From: Eledone cirrhosa
Lineage: Eukaryota
Direction of reading: 5' to 3'
Length of the DNA: 64,000 nucleotides
Assembly (NCBI GenBank): GCA_964016885.1
Contig: OZ024740.1
Coordinates: forward strand, 97,278,001-97,342,000
Part shown: piece after piece, positions 1 through 14,219 of the stretch
Layout: every line of letters begins with the position of its first letter
Numbering within the stretch: position 1 is the stretch's first letter
Position numbers and translations under genes: made by a program
The notes under the pieces: generated by a model
What the model was told of the DNA's origin: nothing
The model's database searches: none
Seen by the model: the letters and a program-made list of their open reading frames with translations, nothing else

Positions 1-3000
1 TAAGGTAAGTGGTCTTTCCCATCTTTTCCACTCCATTTCAACATGACCTCACTCAGAATAGGCAGCATAAATGCGCGTGGCCTGGGGTTGTCATGGATGC
101 AGGGCCACCTGCTCAACAACCTCAGGTCACTAAACATAGATGTAGTGGCCATCAGCTAGACCAGAATCTCCGAAGCACGGGCCTTCGCACCGAACTTCGG
201 CGGCTACGATGTGTACGCATCTCCCAGAAGTCCGGGATCGGGGGGAGGAGTTGCTGTGCTTTTTCGGACAGGTTTGGATTTCGCCATACGGGCCATCTTC
301 CTGGATCCAGAAGGTAAGCTGTTGGTGCTAGACGTGACCAGCGGAGACGGGCAAGCTTTCAGGCTAGTGGCCGTCTATGTCCCGACAGGTGGAGGGCGGC
401 CTGATTTCTTCCGGTCTGGAGATCTTTCTTGGAACGTCCCGGTTTAGTGTTAGTGGGCGATTGGAACGGGTTCTTAGATGCACGCTGGGACTGTGTGGTA
501 TTAGCGGATAGGAGAGGAGGGTGCAAGAGCCTCACCAAACTGCTCAGGCGTTTTCAACTGTCTGACAGGTACCGATTGGATTTCCCGAATGTGCCAATGT
601 GGAATTGGACAAATCGCATAGGGTCATCCAGATCATATCTAGATAGAGTATTTTGTAGAGAAATAGATAGGTCTAGCATAGGCTGTCCACAATTCAAGAT
701 AGTCAGCTACACGGACCACAAATTCGTGATCTGTGTGCTTGACTTAGATAGGCTTCATAGACGAGGACCCGGCTACTGGAAGCTAAACGCGTCTTTACCA
801 GCGCGCAAGGCCTACAGAGACCGGATTAGCGAACTAGTTAAGCGGGCGTTGACGGGGGCCATCGTCAACAACAAGTTGTGGTTTGCTCTGAATAGAGCAA
901 TTAGAATAGAGTCCATTAGGTTTAGTAAGGCTTTAGCAATAGAGAAAAATAGAGCAGAGGGAGAATTAGTTAGAAAATTAGACGAGGCGCTTAACAAAGG
1001 CATCGCGACCGACGTACTTGCGGCAAAATTGGCCCATGACCAATTCTTCAATGCAAAGCACGAAGGCTGCGTTGTCAGAGCTAGGGTGCGTGCTCTCAGA
1101 CACGAGGGAACGAAAGCCGTTCAATGGGCCCGAGTGGCGGAGGCGCGTCGTGGCAACAAAGCCACGATCCGGTCTTTGGTGGACCTCGACGGGCGCATGC
1201 TACTCGATCCCGGGTAAATATGCGAAACTTTTCAGCGACGCTTCGCTCAGTTGTTCGGGGGCAGCGGCGGGCCGGATTGAGGGATGGACTTTAGTGTCTA
1301 CCTCGACGGACTGCCGCGGCTCTCGGCCACTGAAGCGGAGTGTTGCGAAAAGCCGATAACAGCCGCTGAAGTACGGGAGGCAATGATTAGCTGCACAAGG
1401 GGTAAATTGCCTGGTTTGGATGGTCTGCCCTATGAACTTTACGTACAGATGCCAGACTTGTGCGGAGGCCTCTTGGCGGACGTCTACTCCAACTGGCAAC
1501 AGAACGGAGAATTCCCAGCTCTGTGAGCCGAGAAGCTGTGGCGCTGCTGAGAAAGGATCCGAACAAGATGGATAACATAGATAATTTCAGGCCCATAACT
1601 CTGCTAAACACAGAGTTCAAGATTTTGGCCAAGGTGCTAGCAAAGAGGTTGGCGCTTGTCATTGGTGGTCTGGTGGGAGAGGCGCAGACGTGCGCCATTT
1701 CCGACAGATCCATCCACGACAACCTCCACCTCATGCGATACATCGTAGAGAGGGTAGCTAGGGAACCAGGCACGGGTGGGTCCTTGATAAATTTAGATCA
1801 GTCGAAAGCTTTCGATGGAGTCGACCATCGTTAGCGAGCGGCAGTCTTGAAGGCGGGTGGCTTTGGGCCCGGCTTCTGAGGCTGGATCGCTGCCATGCAC
1901 AGCGACATCTGCTCTGTGGTGAGAGTGAACTGTCACCTTTCGGAACCGTTCAACATCATGCGCTCGGTCCGCCAAGGATGTCCCCTCCCGTCCCTCTTGT
2001 ACGTATTGACTCCCGAGCCATTAAAGCAAACACTGGAGACGTTGAGGGGGGTCCTGCCCGAACTAGGATGCGGAAGATCCGTGTCAGCATATGCGGTCGA
2101 TATCACCGTAGTGGTGTCGAACGCCAAATACATCGAGGCGATCGGCACTACACTAAGAGAATACGAAGCGGTGACAGGAGCAATGATCAACCAGAAAAAG
2201 TCAGTGGGCCTGCAACTCGGCACCTGGAGGGGCAGGTCCATGCCGTCCAACAGCGTCGTCGGGCGCTGGACGGACGGACCGGTTAAATTGCTAGGGGTCT
2301 GGTTCGGTCCGGACATCCAGACGGACAAAAACTGGGACGAGGTGACGAGCAGGGTGGCTTCTCTCCCAGAAATGGGCGGACAGGAAGCTATCCCTGAAAG
2401 GTCGAGTGTAGGTGGCTAACACGTACATCACGTCCGTCATCTACTACCGCCTGACCGTCGTACCTTGTCCGAAGCCCCGCCTGACTGCGCTGGAATGTTT
2501 GCTCTTTCGCTTTTGTGGAAGGGACGCGCTCCGATGTTCAGGCGGTCCATCTGCTGTCAACACCCGCTACGTGGAGGGCTGGGCATGCCGTGGCTGATGA
2601 TACGCAGACAAGCGCTCAGGCTACGACATCTCCACCTCTTCCTCGACGGTGATCAGGTGTGGTCGCCGTTTGCTAGACACGTCTTTCCCCAGCTCGTCTC
2701 CTTGACGGAGCTTAAGTTCTGGGTCAAGAGAAGACCGAGAGGGAGCGCTTGGAGACTGGAATGTCTTCAGGCGCTCACAGCCCTCGACCAATCGGGCAAT
2801 GTGATCGGTGGAAACTCCACCTTGGCGTTCTATAGAGGATTAGTGGAGGGGAAGAGCGACGACGTACTTGGGGAAACTCTAGGCGTCGACGAAAATCAAC
2901 TAGCCAATCTCTTCGGAAGAACTTTCGGGCCGGGACCTATGGAAACTTCCAGAAATCCCTGGCCTGGCAGTGACACCGAGGAGCTTTGCCAGTTCGGGAT

Positions 3001-3700
3001 AAACTCTACAGGCATGGAGGTACCGTCAGCCGGGCATGTCCGAGATGCGCGCAGGGCGACGAAACCGTCCTGCACGCACTCGTCCAGTGTCCGAGCATTG
3101 CTGACTTGTGGGTTTATGTGGAACACCTGCTGTCGCGTGTAGGACGGACCCAGCTATCAGCTGAGTCCATCGTGAGGATTCCCCCGCCCTCTTCCTTTAG
3201 CCGGGAAGGGCAGGCAGTTTTTATCTGTCTAGTGGCCATGGCGAAAGAGATAGTATGGTGGACACGTTTGAAAGGGCTGAAGACGAGCACTTACCTCTCC
3301 GGTGAAGCCCTGATTAACTTTTTCAAATTTCATTTGAAAAGGAAAATCAGGTTAGAGAGGGAAGTGCTCTCTTCCCAGAATTTTGTTGAAAGATGGGTGA
3401 GAGAGGCAAGAATGGCCCGAGTGAATGGGCCTACTCTGAGTATGTGTCTGTAAATTAAAGGTGGAAAACTGGGAGAGGGCACTTTCCCAGGTGGTCAGGG
3501 TCACTGTGGCCTTTTAATGGGCTTTCTCCACAAATGTCCCTCGGATGTCTCCCCCCTATTGGGGAATGATTCATTGCTATTTTTTATTACATCCTCTGTT
3601 TTTTTTTTACACGCAGAAATGCCCATTTATACCGTCCTGTATTGTCCTGTACTGTCCTTAATGTCTACTTTATGTAAACCCTTGTGGTTAATAAAGAAAG
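1..3700 (+). mobile_element. L1/Tx1-clade non-LTR retrotransposon (ORF2 + 3' UTR; 5' part outside window), decayed
   Basis: APE endonuclease motifs (SINARGL, GGGVAVLF, LVGDWN, YLDR, YTDH), RT motifs (PGLDG, FRPITLLN, DQSKAFD, QGCPL), C-terminal CPRC..ETVLHALVQC; AATAAA at ~3690 then (ATT)n. Confidence 0.92.
43..3453 (+). pseudogene. Tx1-type ORF2 (APE endonuclease, RT, Cys-rich zinc knuckle), many frameshifts and stops
   Basis: ATG at 43 (MTSLRIGSINARG); fragments in ORFs 211-447, 429-1217, 1284-1526, 1460-1834, 1895-2419, 2465-3142, 2986-3453; catalytic YADD reads YAVD. Confidence 0.88.
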
Positions 3701-3730
3701 CATTATTATTATTATTATTATCATTATTTT

Positions 3731-3911
3731 TGTTTCTACTTTAGGCACAAGGCCAGCAATTACCCAGTGCATTACTGGTACTTTATTTTATCGACTCCGT
3801 AAGGATGAAAGGCAAAGTCAACCTCGGCAGGATTTGAACTCAGATCGTAAAGGGACGTAACTATGCTGGAAAGCATGGCGTCCGACCCTCTACCGATACT
3901 GCCAATCCACC
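3731..3911 (-). mobile_element. tRNA-derived SINE with Meta-domain-like core
   Basis: On minus strand: A box TGGCAGTATCGG, B box GAGTTCAAATCC, core GCCTTTCATCCTTACGGAGTCGATAAAATAAAGTACC; related copies at 9609, 30263, 63979. Confidence 0.85.
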
Positions 3912-6900
3912 ATTTTTATTTTCTTTCATTATTGTTTCTGAGATATATGCCGAGTGTCTTCCTGAAACCTAGGGCAAATAAATTCACAGTGTGCATTAGA
4001 AAGCCAGTTAATACAGCACATTGATTATAATTAAAAAAAGAAAACAATATACATATATACACATGTGCTTATGCATACGTAAATACAATCTTACAGAGAT
4101 TGTGCTCTTCTGTATACTTGTGGAGTACCAGTCAAAACAATTTGTTGCACCTCGTGCAGTGAGGGTAAACTAGGAATCATTCGCAAATATTGTTCTGTTT
4201 ATTTCTTGATCATTCCCAGTCCTCCCACAATCAGTGGTATTGTAATGGCTTTGAGGTGCCACATTTTCTCAATTTCAATAAGCAGACCTTTATATTTTCG
4301 TAGCTTGTCAAACTCTTTGCCGCGATATTGTGATCACATGGGATGCTCGTATCTATCAATAAACAGACCTTGTTATGTTAATCTTTTACAATGATGTCAG
4401 GACTATTTGCTTTTATGGTTCTGTCAGGAAAGTCCCAGAGAATTGTTACTTTTTCTCCTTCAGTTACAGCCTCAGGGTGATGATTGTACCACTTGTCTTC
4501 AGCTTTGATTGTGTAATGCCGACATATTACCCAGTGTAGATATTGGCCAACTCTGTCATGTCTATATTTGTATTCTACTGGTGCTAAACCTTTACATCCA
4601 GAGACTAAGTGATCCACTGTTTCAACCTGAACATTGTAGAATCGGCACTTTTTGTTTATTCCGTTTCTCATCACATTAGCCTAGTAATTACGAGTCAATA
4701 AGCTTTGATCTTGGGCAGCTAAGATGAAGCCTTCACTCTCCGCCTTTAGCCCTGAACTACGTAGCCACTGATGGGTGTGTTTTGGTCAACATCAGCTTGT
4801 TTGCTACCGGCCACATATTTGCCATGCAGTGGTTTCTACTCTCAATTTGATGCTAATTGTCCTTGCCCTTTTGCTTTTGCCAGTGATTTTATGTGCCTAG
4901 CAGCATCAGTTGCAACATTTTCTTTAATCTGTCCAGCCTGGGTATGAAGCATGAGATCAGAAGCATATTTTTTGCTCTCCTTCAAGATAGAATGCAGCTT
5001 CTTACTTCTCTCATGATTTTCAACAAGTTTCAGCATACAGTTGTTAGTTGTTTCAACGTATTTGGCCAGTCCAATGATGGTAGTCCTGTAAGCAAGTTCA
5101 AATTGGATCAGGTCACAGCCTCCTTGAGTTCTAGGAAGGTAAAGACGATCCACATCTGCTTTTGGGTGGTGCATCCTATTACAGGTCAGTAGCTTATGGA
5201 CTTTGGTGTCGATTCTTTTGAGTTCACTCATATTCCAGTTCAATACACCGAAGCTATAAGTGACAACTGGGACTGCCAAGGAATTTATGGCTAGCACCTT
5301 GTTATGAGCATTTAGTTCTGATCTCAGAACTGCACGTACCCTCCTGTAACATTCTTTCCTTATCCTCTCTTCCATACGTGCATGCTGTATGCCAGAGCCC
5401 ACATTAAAACCTAAGTATTCATAGGTTTGTTCCTGCTCAAGTTCCTTTATGATTGTTTCAGCATCCAATTTAACTGAGTCTGAGTTGACAAGCTTCCGCT
5501 TCTTGAAAGTGGCTTTTGCACATTTGTCAAGTCCAAACTCCGTCCTGTTGTCATCGCTAAACGTTTTTACTCTCCGCAAAAGGCCTTCCAGTTCGTCATT
5601 ATCTTTGCAATATAGCTTCAAATCATCCATATAAAATAGGTGACTTATTTTGTTGTTGTCAATTCTATATTACCGTACCCTGTTCTATTAAGTTCAGATG
5701 TAAGGGATATTAAAGCTATGTAGAAAAGCAAGGATGAAACTGAGTCACCCTGGAATATACCACAGTTGATATTTATATTCCTAGAGCACAGTACCCCAGT
5801 GGAATGAGACGATTGGAGACGTGTGTTCCATAATGACATATTGTGCTTCAGGAAGTTTGAGATCACAGGTGAGATTTTGAAGATTTCCAGTGATTTCAGA
5901 ATCCATTAGTGTGGTATGCTGACAAAGGCTTTTTTATAATCGATCCATGCAGAACTGAGATGTATGTGTTTATTATGAAAATTCTCAAGGATCATACGAT
6001 TAATCAAAGGTTGATCTTTGCAACCATATGAACCTCCTCGGCACCCTTTTTGTTCAATGGGGAAACGATTGTTCTCCTCCAAAAATCACGTATGCTTTTT
6101 CCATGAGAATAGAGGTTAATCGTTTATAAGTGGTGGACAAGCAGGTTATGGGCCGATAGTTTTTTGGATCTTTGGTTTCGATGTTCTTTAGTAGAAGGTA
6201 GGTAATGCCACTTGCTATCCAATCAGGTGTATTTTTTGGATTTTTCATAATTCCATTAAACAGCTTGACCAATATATTGTGAGTGCACGGGAGTGAGGAA
6301 AGCCAGAAATTTGGCACCCTGTCTCTACCAGGAGATTTCCATTTATGAGATTTATTGAGTGCTGTCCTTAAGTCCGCTATAGAGATGTCTTCCCACACCT
6401 GTTCTTCTAAATTTGTATAGGATTTTTCCAGGCGAATAATCCAATCTATATTAGTATTATATGCCTTCTCATCACTCCAAATCTTACTCCAGAAGTTTTC
6501 AACTTCTTCAATAATAATTTCTTTCTTCCCTACTTCTCTATAAAATGACTTGGCATTGGATGAAAACAACTTATTTTGCCTGTAGAAATTGTTTCGCTTC
6601 TCGAATCTACGTATTCGTTGGGCTTTTACTTGGACTTTTTGTTTCAGATATTCTTTTGTTGAAACTATTGCTTCTCTAGAAGACAACCCATATTTTCTCT
6701 TTAGTTTTCTTACCTTCTTGTATCTTATATCATTTACAGCAGTTAACTCACTCAATAAAGATATTTCTCCTCTCATTACGTCAATCTCCTTTTCAATTCT
6801 ACTTCTCCAAATTGGTTTACCACGAAGGTTCGACTTTTTTTCTGTTTTTGGTGGTAAACAACTTGTTTCAATTACTCTAGCAGATGCATAAATGATTTCA

Positions 6901-8039
6901 TTTAACTCAGTAAGATCAGGTTCTAGTTCTTCTATGATTTCTTTTGTCACAGAATTACCAATCATTATTTGTTTTCTATTTTGGATTGTATTTGGGAGTT
7001 TTTGAAGTGGTTCTCTATCATTTATACTAGAATGTCTTACTACTGCAAGCTCATTCAGTGATTTTTGCTTTAATTCCTTCATAGTCTCCCTGTGTTCTTC
7101 AGCAGATGTTTGCTTTTCAATTACTGTTTCTAAGTCCCTCTCCTGGCTATTTTCAGCGGGTTCAATAGGGCTTCTCATTTCTACAAACCTATTTGTGATT
7201 TCGTCAGATGGAGGTCTTTCAGTAAAGACGTGTGACAGGTTACTATCTCCAGGAGATTCTTCAGTTCTTTCATTATTTATATTTATGTCATTCTCCGCCG
7301 CCCGCTTGATCACAGTGAGTTCAGTGTATGTGAGTCTATTATTTTTGAAGATATACCTCCTTACATTTGCCAACTTATTTCCATCCATATCACGTCTGCT
7401 CGCTTGATTCCGAGTTTTCCAGATTTTGTAGGAGTTTAAAGTGTGTCTGTCTTGTGATGGCTTACCTAATGCATAGTAATATGCATATATTACTTCTTTA
7501 TACTCTTCTCGGGTCCATTTCATCCTTTTAGGTTTTTCTTTTTGAGGTGGTTAGGGTGGTGGATCTGGAGATTTCGAATTGGGGCAATCGCCGATCAAGT
7601 GACCATCCAGGTCCATAATTATAGAAGAGTTTGTGCCAGAGGGGGACTTTTCGATCTCAGGTTGGCACCTTCCTGAGGGATGCGCTTCCTGATTAACCAT
7701 AGGAAAAGCGATTTGGTATTGTGTATTAATTTTTATTTGTTCATCTCGCAGTACATGCTTGCGTTACGCATGGTATTGGATGTACATGGAAAGTTGCCCG
7801 GCTCTTGGGTAGTGCATTTGCTGGCTGGCACTGAGATCATTATTACTATTATAACAATATAGTTATGGTCATTGCTGTTGTTGATTGAGGTGATATTGTT
7901 ATGGTTGCAGCTGTAAGAGGTGTACACGAATTTTCTCAACTCTTCTTGTGGTGTGAGTGGTGTCGGTGGTGGTGGCAGGGAGATTAATGCTGGCAGTGTG
8001 GGTGCTGGGAGTGGTAGTGGTTAGGGTGACAATGTAGCT
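3912..8039 (-). mobile_element. R4/Dong-like non-LTR retrotransposon (RT + restriction-like endonuclease), near full-length, decayed
   Basis: ORF pieces 7523-6054 (WKSPGRD, YRPITCLST), 5866-5645 (GIFQGDS), 5630-4842 (YMDD, VDRLYLPR), 4674-4378 (ETVDHLVSGC, RHD, PDIIV); stop near 4091. Confidence 0.88.
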
Positions 8040-9508
8040 TTATTATTATTATTATTACAGTTGCATTTATCTTGCTTTATGTTCATACGAGTTATCACCA
8101 AGTCACAACCAGTGACCTCAAGAGACAACAAGGTCCGCCATGTTCAAGAAAGAACATACATACTCACACATGCATCTTTAGTGTTTAGATTTGTGATGTA
8201 CTTATATTGACAGAATCTTCCTTAGTATATGGGCAGTTCCCATTAGTACTATCTTTTGTATTTCTCCTATACGCGGGTTTCCTGGGATTTGCGATAAGTA
8301 ATCATTAGACCCCTTAGGTATCATTCCCAGAGCGCCTACAACCACTGGTATTGTTTTAGTTCTCAATTTCAACATTTTTCCAATTTCTATCTCCAGGTCC
8401 TTATACTTGCTCAATTTTTCAAATGTTTTTATAGATACATTCTTGTCTATTGGAACAGACATATCAATTAGCAGGCATACCCTCTTTTAAAAGTGCTTCA
8501 ATATTATATCAGGTCTATTTGCATCTATTTTTCGGTCTGTTTGGATGCTAAAGTTCCACAAGATTGAGATGTGATCTTTTTCAAGTATGGGAGGTGGTTG
8601 ATGCTCCCACCAATTCTTTTGATGGGGCAGGTCAAAATGCTTACACATTATCCAATGTATGTATTGTGCAGCTCTGTCATGCCTGTTTAGGTATTCGGTT
8701 GGAGCTATAGGACGGCACATTGAAATTATATGGTCAATGGTCTCTGGTTGTTTTTTGCATACACGGCATAATGGGCTGCATCCATTTTTTATTATGTTGG
8801 CTTGGTAATATTTTGTTGGCAGACACTGATCTTGTGCTGATATAATCAGACCTACAGTCTCCGATTTCAGTCCAGAGGATGCCAACCACTGATGGGTTAA
8901 AGTTTTGTCAACATCAGGATTGTTAGCTCGCTCTGGGTATTTTCCATACAGAGGCTTTTCTTGCCATTTCTTAGCCAGTTTCTGTAGCAGTTCTTTCTTT
9001 GCAGTTACTTTTACCTGCTTTGCTTTTTCTGTGTTTTCCATTTCAGCAGTAAATGGGACTTCTGAAATTTGTAGTCCATTACTGTATCTTTGTGCATCTT
9101 TTGTAATGGAATATGATCTTTTGATGCTTTCGTGTTTCAAAACGGGTTTGATCATCCAATCATGTGATTCCCTTAGATATGTATATAATCGAATTGTTGC
9201 AGTTTTCAACGCAATGTCTAACTGGATTAACCCACGTCCTCCTTCTTTCCTAGGGAGATATATTCTATCTATATCTGCCTTAGGGTCATGCATTCTGTGC
9301 ATGGTTAAGAATTTTCGAATTTTTGTATCGAGCCTACGGATCTCTGTGCCTGACCAGTTGATGACATTGTAACTGTAGGTTACTACTGGTATGGCAAGCG
9401 TGTTTATGGCATCGATCCTATTCCTTGCATTCAATTCCGTTCTTAAGATTGCTCTTACTCTGCGGTAACATTCCTTCCTTATCCTTTCCCTCATTGTCGA
9501 GTGCTTGA
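8040..9508 (-). mobile_element. 5'-truncated R4/Dong-like LINE, second family, with (TAA)n tail
   Basis: IDRIYLPRKEGGRGL, CRVC..ETIDHI, RHD, RPDII, KLSKYKDL, PVVVGALG; stop at 8202; 3' UTR ends in (TAA)n at ~8040-8056. Confidence 0.88.
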
Positions 9509-9577
9509 TTCTTCTTCTTCTTCTTCTTATTATTATTATTATTATTGTTGTTGTTGTTGTTGTTGTTGTTGTTATTG
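9508..9577. repeat. Compound microsatellite (TTC)n(TTA)n(TTG)n
   Basis: Directly visible. Confidence 0.95.
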
Positions 9578-9608
9578 CTTTGTGCTTAAAGTAGAAACAA
9601 TCATTATT

Positions 9609-9785
9609 TTGGCATTGTCGGTAGAGGGTATGACGCCAGCTTTGCAGCAAAGAGTTACGGCCCTATATGATCTGAGTTCAAATCCCGCTGAGGTTAACTT
9701 TGCCTTTCATCCTTACGGGGTCGATAAAATAAAGTACCAGTAATGCACTGGATATTGCTGGCCTTGTGCCAAAAGTAGAAACAAT
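9609..9785 (+). mobile_element. tRNA-derived SINE, same family as 3731-3911
   Basis: TGGCATTGTCGG A box, GAGTTCAAATCC B box, GCCTTTCATCCTTACGGGGTCGATAAAATAAAGTACC core, ends GTAGAAACA. Confidence 0.85.
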
Positions 9786-9811
9786 TGTTACTATTGCTTC
9801 GTGTGACGAAG

Positions 9812-10990
9812 AGATGAGGTGACGAGCAGGGTGGCCTCTCTCACCCAGAAATGGACCGAGAAGAAACTATCCCTGAGAGGTTCAGTGGAGGTAGCGAATG
9901 CATACATCGCGTCCAGCAGCTACTTCCGTTTAACTGTCACACCTTGTCCTAAACCTCGCCTGACTATGCTGGAGCGTTTTCTCTTTCGCTTTTTGTGGAA
10001 GGGACGCGATCCGATGGCCAGGCGGTCCATCTGCTGTCAAAACCCGCTATTTGGAAGACTGGGCATGCCATGGCTGAAGATGTACAGACATGTGCTCAGG
10101 CTACAGCATCTCCACCTTTGCGTTCTATATAGGGTTATTTGAGGGAAAGAGCAATGACGCCCTTGGGGGACTACGGACATCAACGAAAATCAACTAGCCA
10201 ATCTTTCGGGAGAAATTTTGGGAAGGGGCCCATGGACAAATTCAAGAAATCCCTGGCCTGGCAGTGCTACTAGGAGCTTTGCCGGTTCGGGATAAACTCT
10301 TCAGGCATGGAAGTGCCGTCAACCAGACCTGTCTGAGATCTGCGCAGGGCAACAAAACCATCCTGCACACAGTCATCCAGTGTCCGAGCATTGCTCACTT
10401 GTGGGTTTATGTTGAACACTTGCTGTCACATGTAGGATGGATCAAGCTATCAGCTGAGTCGATCGTGATGATTGCCCCCGTCACCTTCCGTTAGCCAATA
10501 AAGGCAGGCAGTTTTTATCTGCCTGGTGGCCATGGCAAAATAGATCATATGGTGAACACATTTGAAAGGGCTGAAGACGAGCACTTGCCTCTTTGGGGAT
10601 ACCCTGATTAACTTTTTCAAATTTCATTTGAAAAGGAAAATCAGAGTGGAGAGGGAAGTGCTTCCTCCCCAACAATTTGTTGAAAGTTGGGAGAGTGAGG
10701 CGAGCACAGCCCAAAAGAATGGGCCTGCTCTGAGTATGTGCCTGTAGATTGAAGGTGGGAAACTGGGAGAGAATATTTGTCCTGGTGATCAGGGTCACCA
10801 AGGCTTTTGTGGGCTTTCTCCAGGAGTGACCCTCGGAGGTCTCCCCCTATTGGGAAATTTCTTATTTTTTTCATTTTTTTTTACTTCCTTTATTATTGTT
10901 TTGTTTTCGTTACATGCAGAATTGCCCATTGGTACCATCCTATATCATCTTGTGCTGTTCTTAATGTTATACTTTATGTAGTTAAACCAA
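9812..10990 (+). mobile_element. Tx1-clade LINE 3' fragment, internally deleted, paralogous to ~2335-3680
   Basis: Aligns by eye to copy 1 (TSRVASL.., RRSICCQ, INFFKFHLKRKIR, LSMCL*); lacks the equivalent of ~2640-2825. Confidence 0.85.
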
Positions 10991-11079
10991 CCAGAATCGT
11001 TATGAGTTTGTTAGTTTACATCTACTTGTAGCCCTTAGGGGCTAAACCCGTTTAAGTTTATGGAACATTGCTCTCAATA

Positions 11080-12724
11080 TTTTGTTAAAATTAGGATGGT
11101 GGACAAAAATGCTGCGTCCACTAGCAGAACCTGTGACTGTCTATTGAAAGAAATGGTCAAAATTCACAAAACAGTAACAGCAACAACAACGGTAACAGCA
11201 GCACCAACAACAGCAACCGAAACATAATATCACATGTATTAGCCGCAAATGAATTACATTTATCACCACTGACAATACCTACAACTGTAAACACCACCTC
11301 CACCGCAATGACAGTAAGCACACTCAAAGCAAAAACTATTACCACCACCACTGCAACAACTGAAACAAATAGGAAAAAATAACACTAACACTGATGACAG
11401 CGACATTGCAAATGACAACAACCACACAAATGACTTAAACTACAATAACAAGAATAAAACATTTGTAGAATCAGCTGCCATAAGTATTGAACTCTTGTTT
11501 ATGCACATCACAGAAATGAACACATCTTTGACCCAACCCACCAAGCTGATAAAATTGGAAAACTCCGTAGTTATCTCCCTCTGAGGCATTGGTAGAAATG
11601 CAGAAAAAGACAGTCACCTACAAATGTATGGCTACAGATACAAAACAACTGATGTCGATGGGCCAAGTAGAAGTCAAAATAGCACTCAAAGAAATAAAGC
11701 CTGATATGCAACATATCCTGAGGTCAAGACAGTTGGCAGGCTTTTCATGGCTCTTTAAATGTGAAGCTCAGGTTCTGAAGCACTCTTTGATTCTATGTTG
11801 AAGTGAGACGTATTTACTCTACCTCTCTGAATTTGGAGAAAGGACAGTGAGAGTGAACAACACATACCCATACCAAACAAAAACACATATGCAGCAACAA
11901 TATCACATCCACCACCACCACCACCACCACCCCATTTGACAACGCAACTACCATTGACACCAGCATCAACCCTGTCACAACCACAACCAACCATAACTAA
12001 AAGAAAACACATGAACACACAAAATCAACAGACAACACCACAACCTACACACAATTTCATGCTAGTTAGAATTGCCAACAAAAAACTGATGGCCCTCACA
12101 GAATGAAGTAAAGAGATGGAGAAATGGGAAAATGTTTGGCACCAGCACATTTAAAGTGCCTGAAAATCTAATCATAGTATGAATGCCACTAGATACCGAC
12201 AATCGGATTATAGAGAGCTTCTTCTATGTGGCATCCACTAATATAAAATTCATGAGTAGGCTTTTAAAAGGTTTCCCGAATGAAGCCCACTAAATATGGA
12301 GGTTGACCCACCCAATATCTAATAGTTATTAGCGGGTATATAGCCTCCTTTATTTCTCCCTTAGCTAACCAATCAACATGACTATTACAAGAGTAGAATG
12401 TATAAATGTTTGTGGCCTGGGGTCATCATAGAAGCAAGGATGCTTGTTCAATGATCACAGGTCACTAGCTATGGATGTAACTGCTATCAGTGAGACAAAG
12501 ATTTCTGGCATGCATGCAGTAGCCTCTATTTTTTATTTTTTATTTTTTTAGGACTAAGAGATCTTTGCATCTGTTAGTTGGCCTGGAATCGGAGGCGCAG
12601 TAGCAGTGCTCTTTAAGAAAAGCCTATATCTCAAGCTACGGACAAGCTTCTTGAACCTGGACTGTAAGTTGGTTGTCCTGGATGAGAGCAATAGCGAATG
12701 TGGTGTCTTAGACTAATGGCTGTC
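11080..12724 (+). mobile_element. Older Tx1-like 5' fragment: putative Thr-rich ORF1 remnant and ORF2 endonuclease start
   Basis: 12385-12724 is a diverged homologue of 41-377 (CAACATGAC...AAATGTTTGTGGCCTGGGG...GTAAGTTGGTTGTCCTGGA); ORF1 assignment of 11150-12300 is positional only. Confidence 0.6.
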
Positions 12725-13544
12725 AAAGGAGTACACAGAGATGATACAAGTTCAACATGTGATAGGAAAACATAAATGTATAACATATTATGTGTGAACA
12801 GACAAGGTGGTCAGAGCTAGAATGCTTGCCATACTGTGTCTGCTCACTCAGATCTGACCTGAGGCTATAGTAACCCACATTCCATTTAAAAGACAGAAGC
12901 ATTATAATTATAACAAATATTATTTTCAATAATCATTTCAAAAGTCACCAACCAGAATATTTTAAATCAGTATTTGCGTTAATGAACAAACAGAGCTCTG
13001 AAAATAAAGGAAGTTGTGCTATACAAATGACTTCATTATTATATGAAACACAATCTTCTGACAAGCCAGTCAATAATTCAATGAATTTTTAGTTAATGAA
13101 CAACAGATCACTAAAAACGAAGAATTTGTGTTATGCAAATTATTTCATTATATGAAACATATATGTCTGACAAGCTAGTCAATAGATTAATGAAATGCCA
13201 AACAGCTGAAAGTGATGAGCTGGATCATCTTTCTTCTAATAAGGTAATATAGATCAACACAGAGTCAAAAATGCAAAGTCAAATGTTATTCTTTGCATAT
13301 ATTAGTAGTAAAGTGTGAAGAGATGTATGTTGTTATGGCCAAGAGAGGAAGTAGAAAATAATATGTCCACAAAAGGTGCCGTCTGGAATATACTTACTAT
13401 TCACATCATGACATTTGATCATCATTGTTAAACTGTGATAGAAGATTGCTCATTCACTCTCCACCCATGGCAGCATTCGTAATCAGTTATGGTCCCATGG
13501 GCAGGTGATTAGCTGTCATCACCAGTGATGTTTGAATCTCTTGG

Positions 13545-13750
13545 TAGAGTTTGAACTCAGAACACACAGAGCTGGAATACACACTGCAAGGAATCAAATA
13601 TGCCACCTTAACAATTCCACTCATGCATTGCCTCTGGACTGGTACTTTATTTTATCACCATCTGAATTGATGAAAAACAAAATTGGCCTTTGAATGATTT
13701 GAACTCAAAACACAGAAAGTCTGAACAAATAATGCAATGCTCTCTACCCA
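13545..13750 (-). mobile_element. Degenerate tRNA-SINE remnants
   Basis: CTGGTACTTTATTTTATC and TTTGAACTCA motifs matching the SINE core and B box. Confidence 0.55.
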
Positions 13751-14219
13751 ATATACTAATGTCACTGTCATTTGGCAGTCTTACTTATTTAGACATGTTG
13801 TATAACATAGTCCAACATACTCTGAAAAAAGATGGATTTATTATGGCTGGATCATAAACCTGCCTGGTGAAAGTTGGACACTTGTTTACCAATAATTAAA
13901 AGAGCCTTTCATATTTTGTTTCCAGTTTCATTTTTATCAATGCACACACTCACAAGCTAACTATATTGATAATAGATCTAAAATTGGAAAAATCGGAATT
14001 AAGATTAAAGAAAAACAAAAAAATAAAACTAGGATCAGGTGATCAAATACATTGAAGCTAGAAGATAAACTACATGACATGTAGAATAGAGTCCTTAGAA
14101 GCATTTATGAACAACTAGTCTTCTATCATTTGAATACACTCGTATGATGAAATATAATTCTATAAGTAAGGCAATATGATACAACAAAAATAACCTCAAT
14201 GAAGGAAATAAAACAAACT

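Noticed and set aside
3731-9785. tRNA genes at the A/B-box motifs
   Set aside because: No full cloverleaf; boxes are followed by the SINE core and tail in multiple dispersed copies
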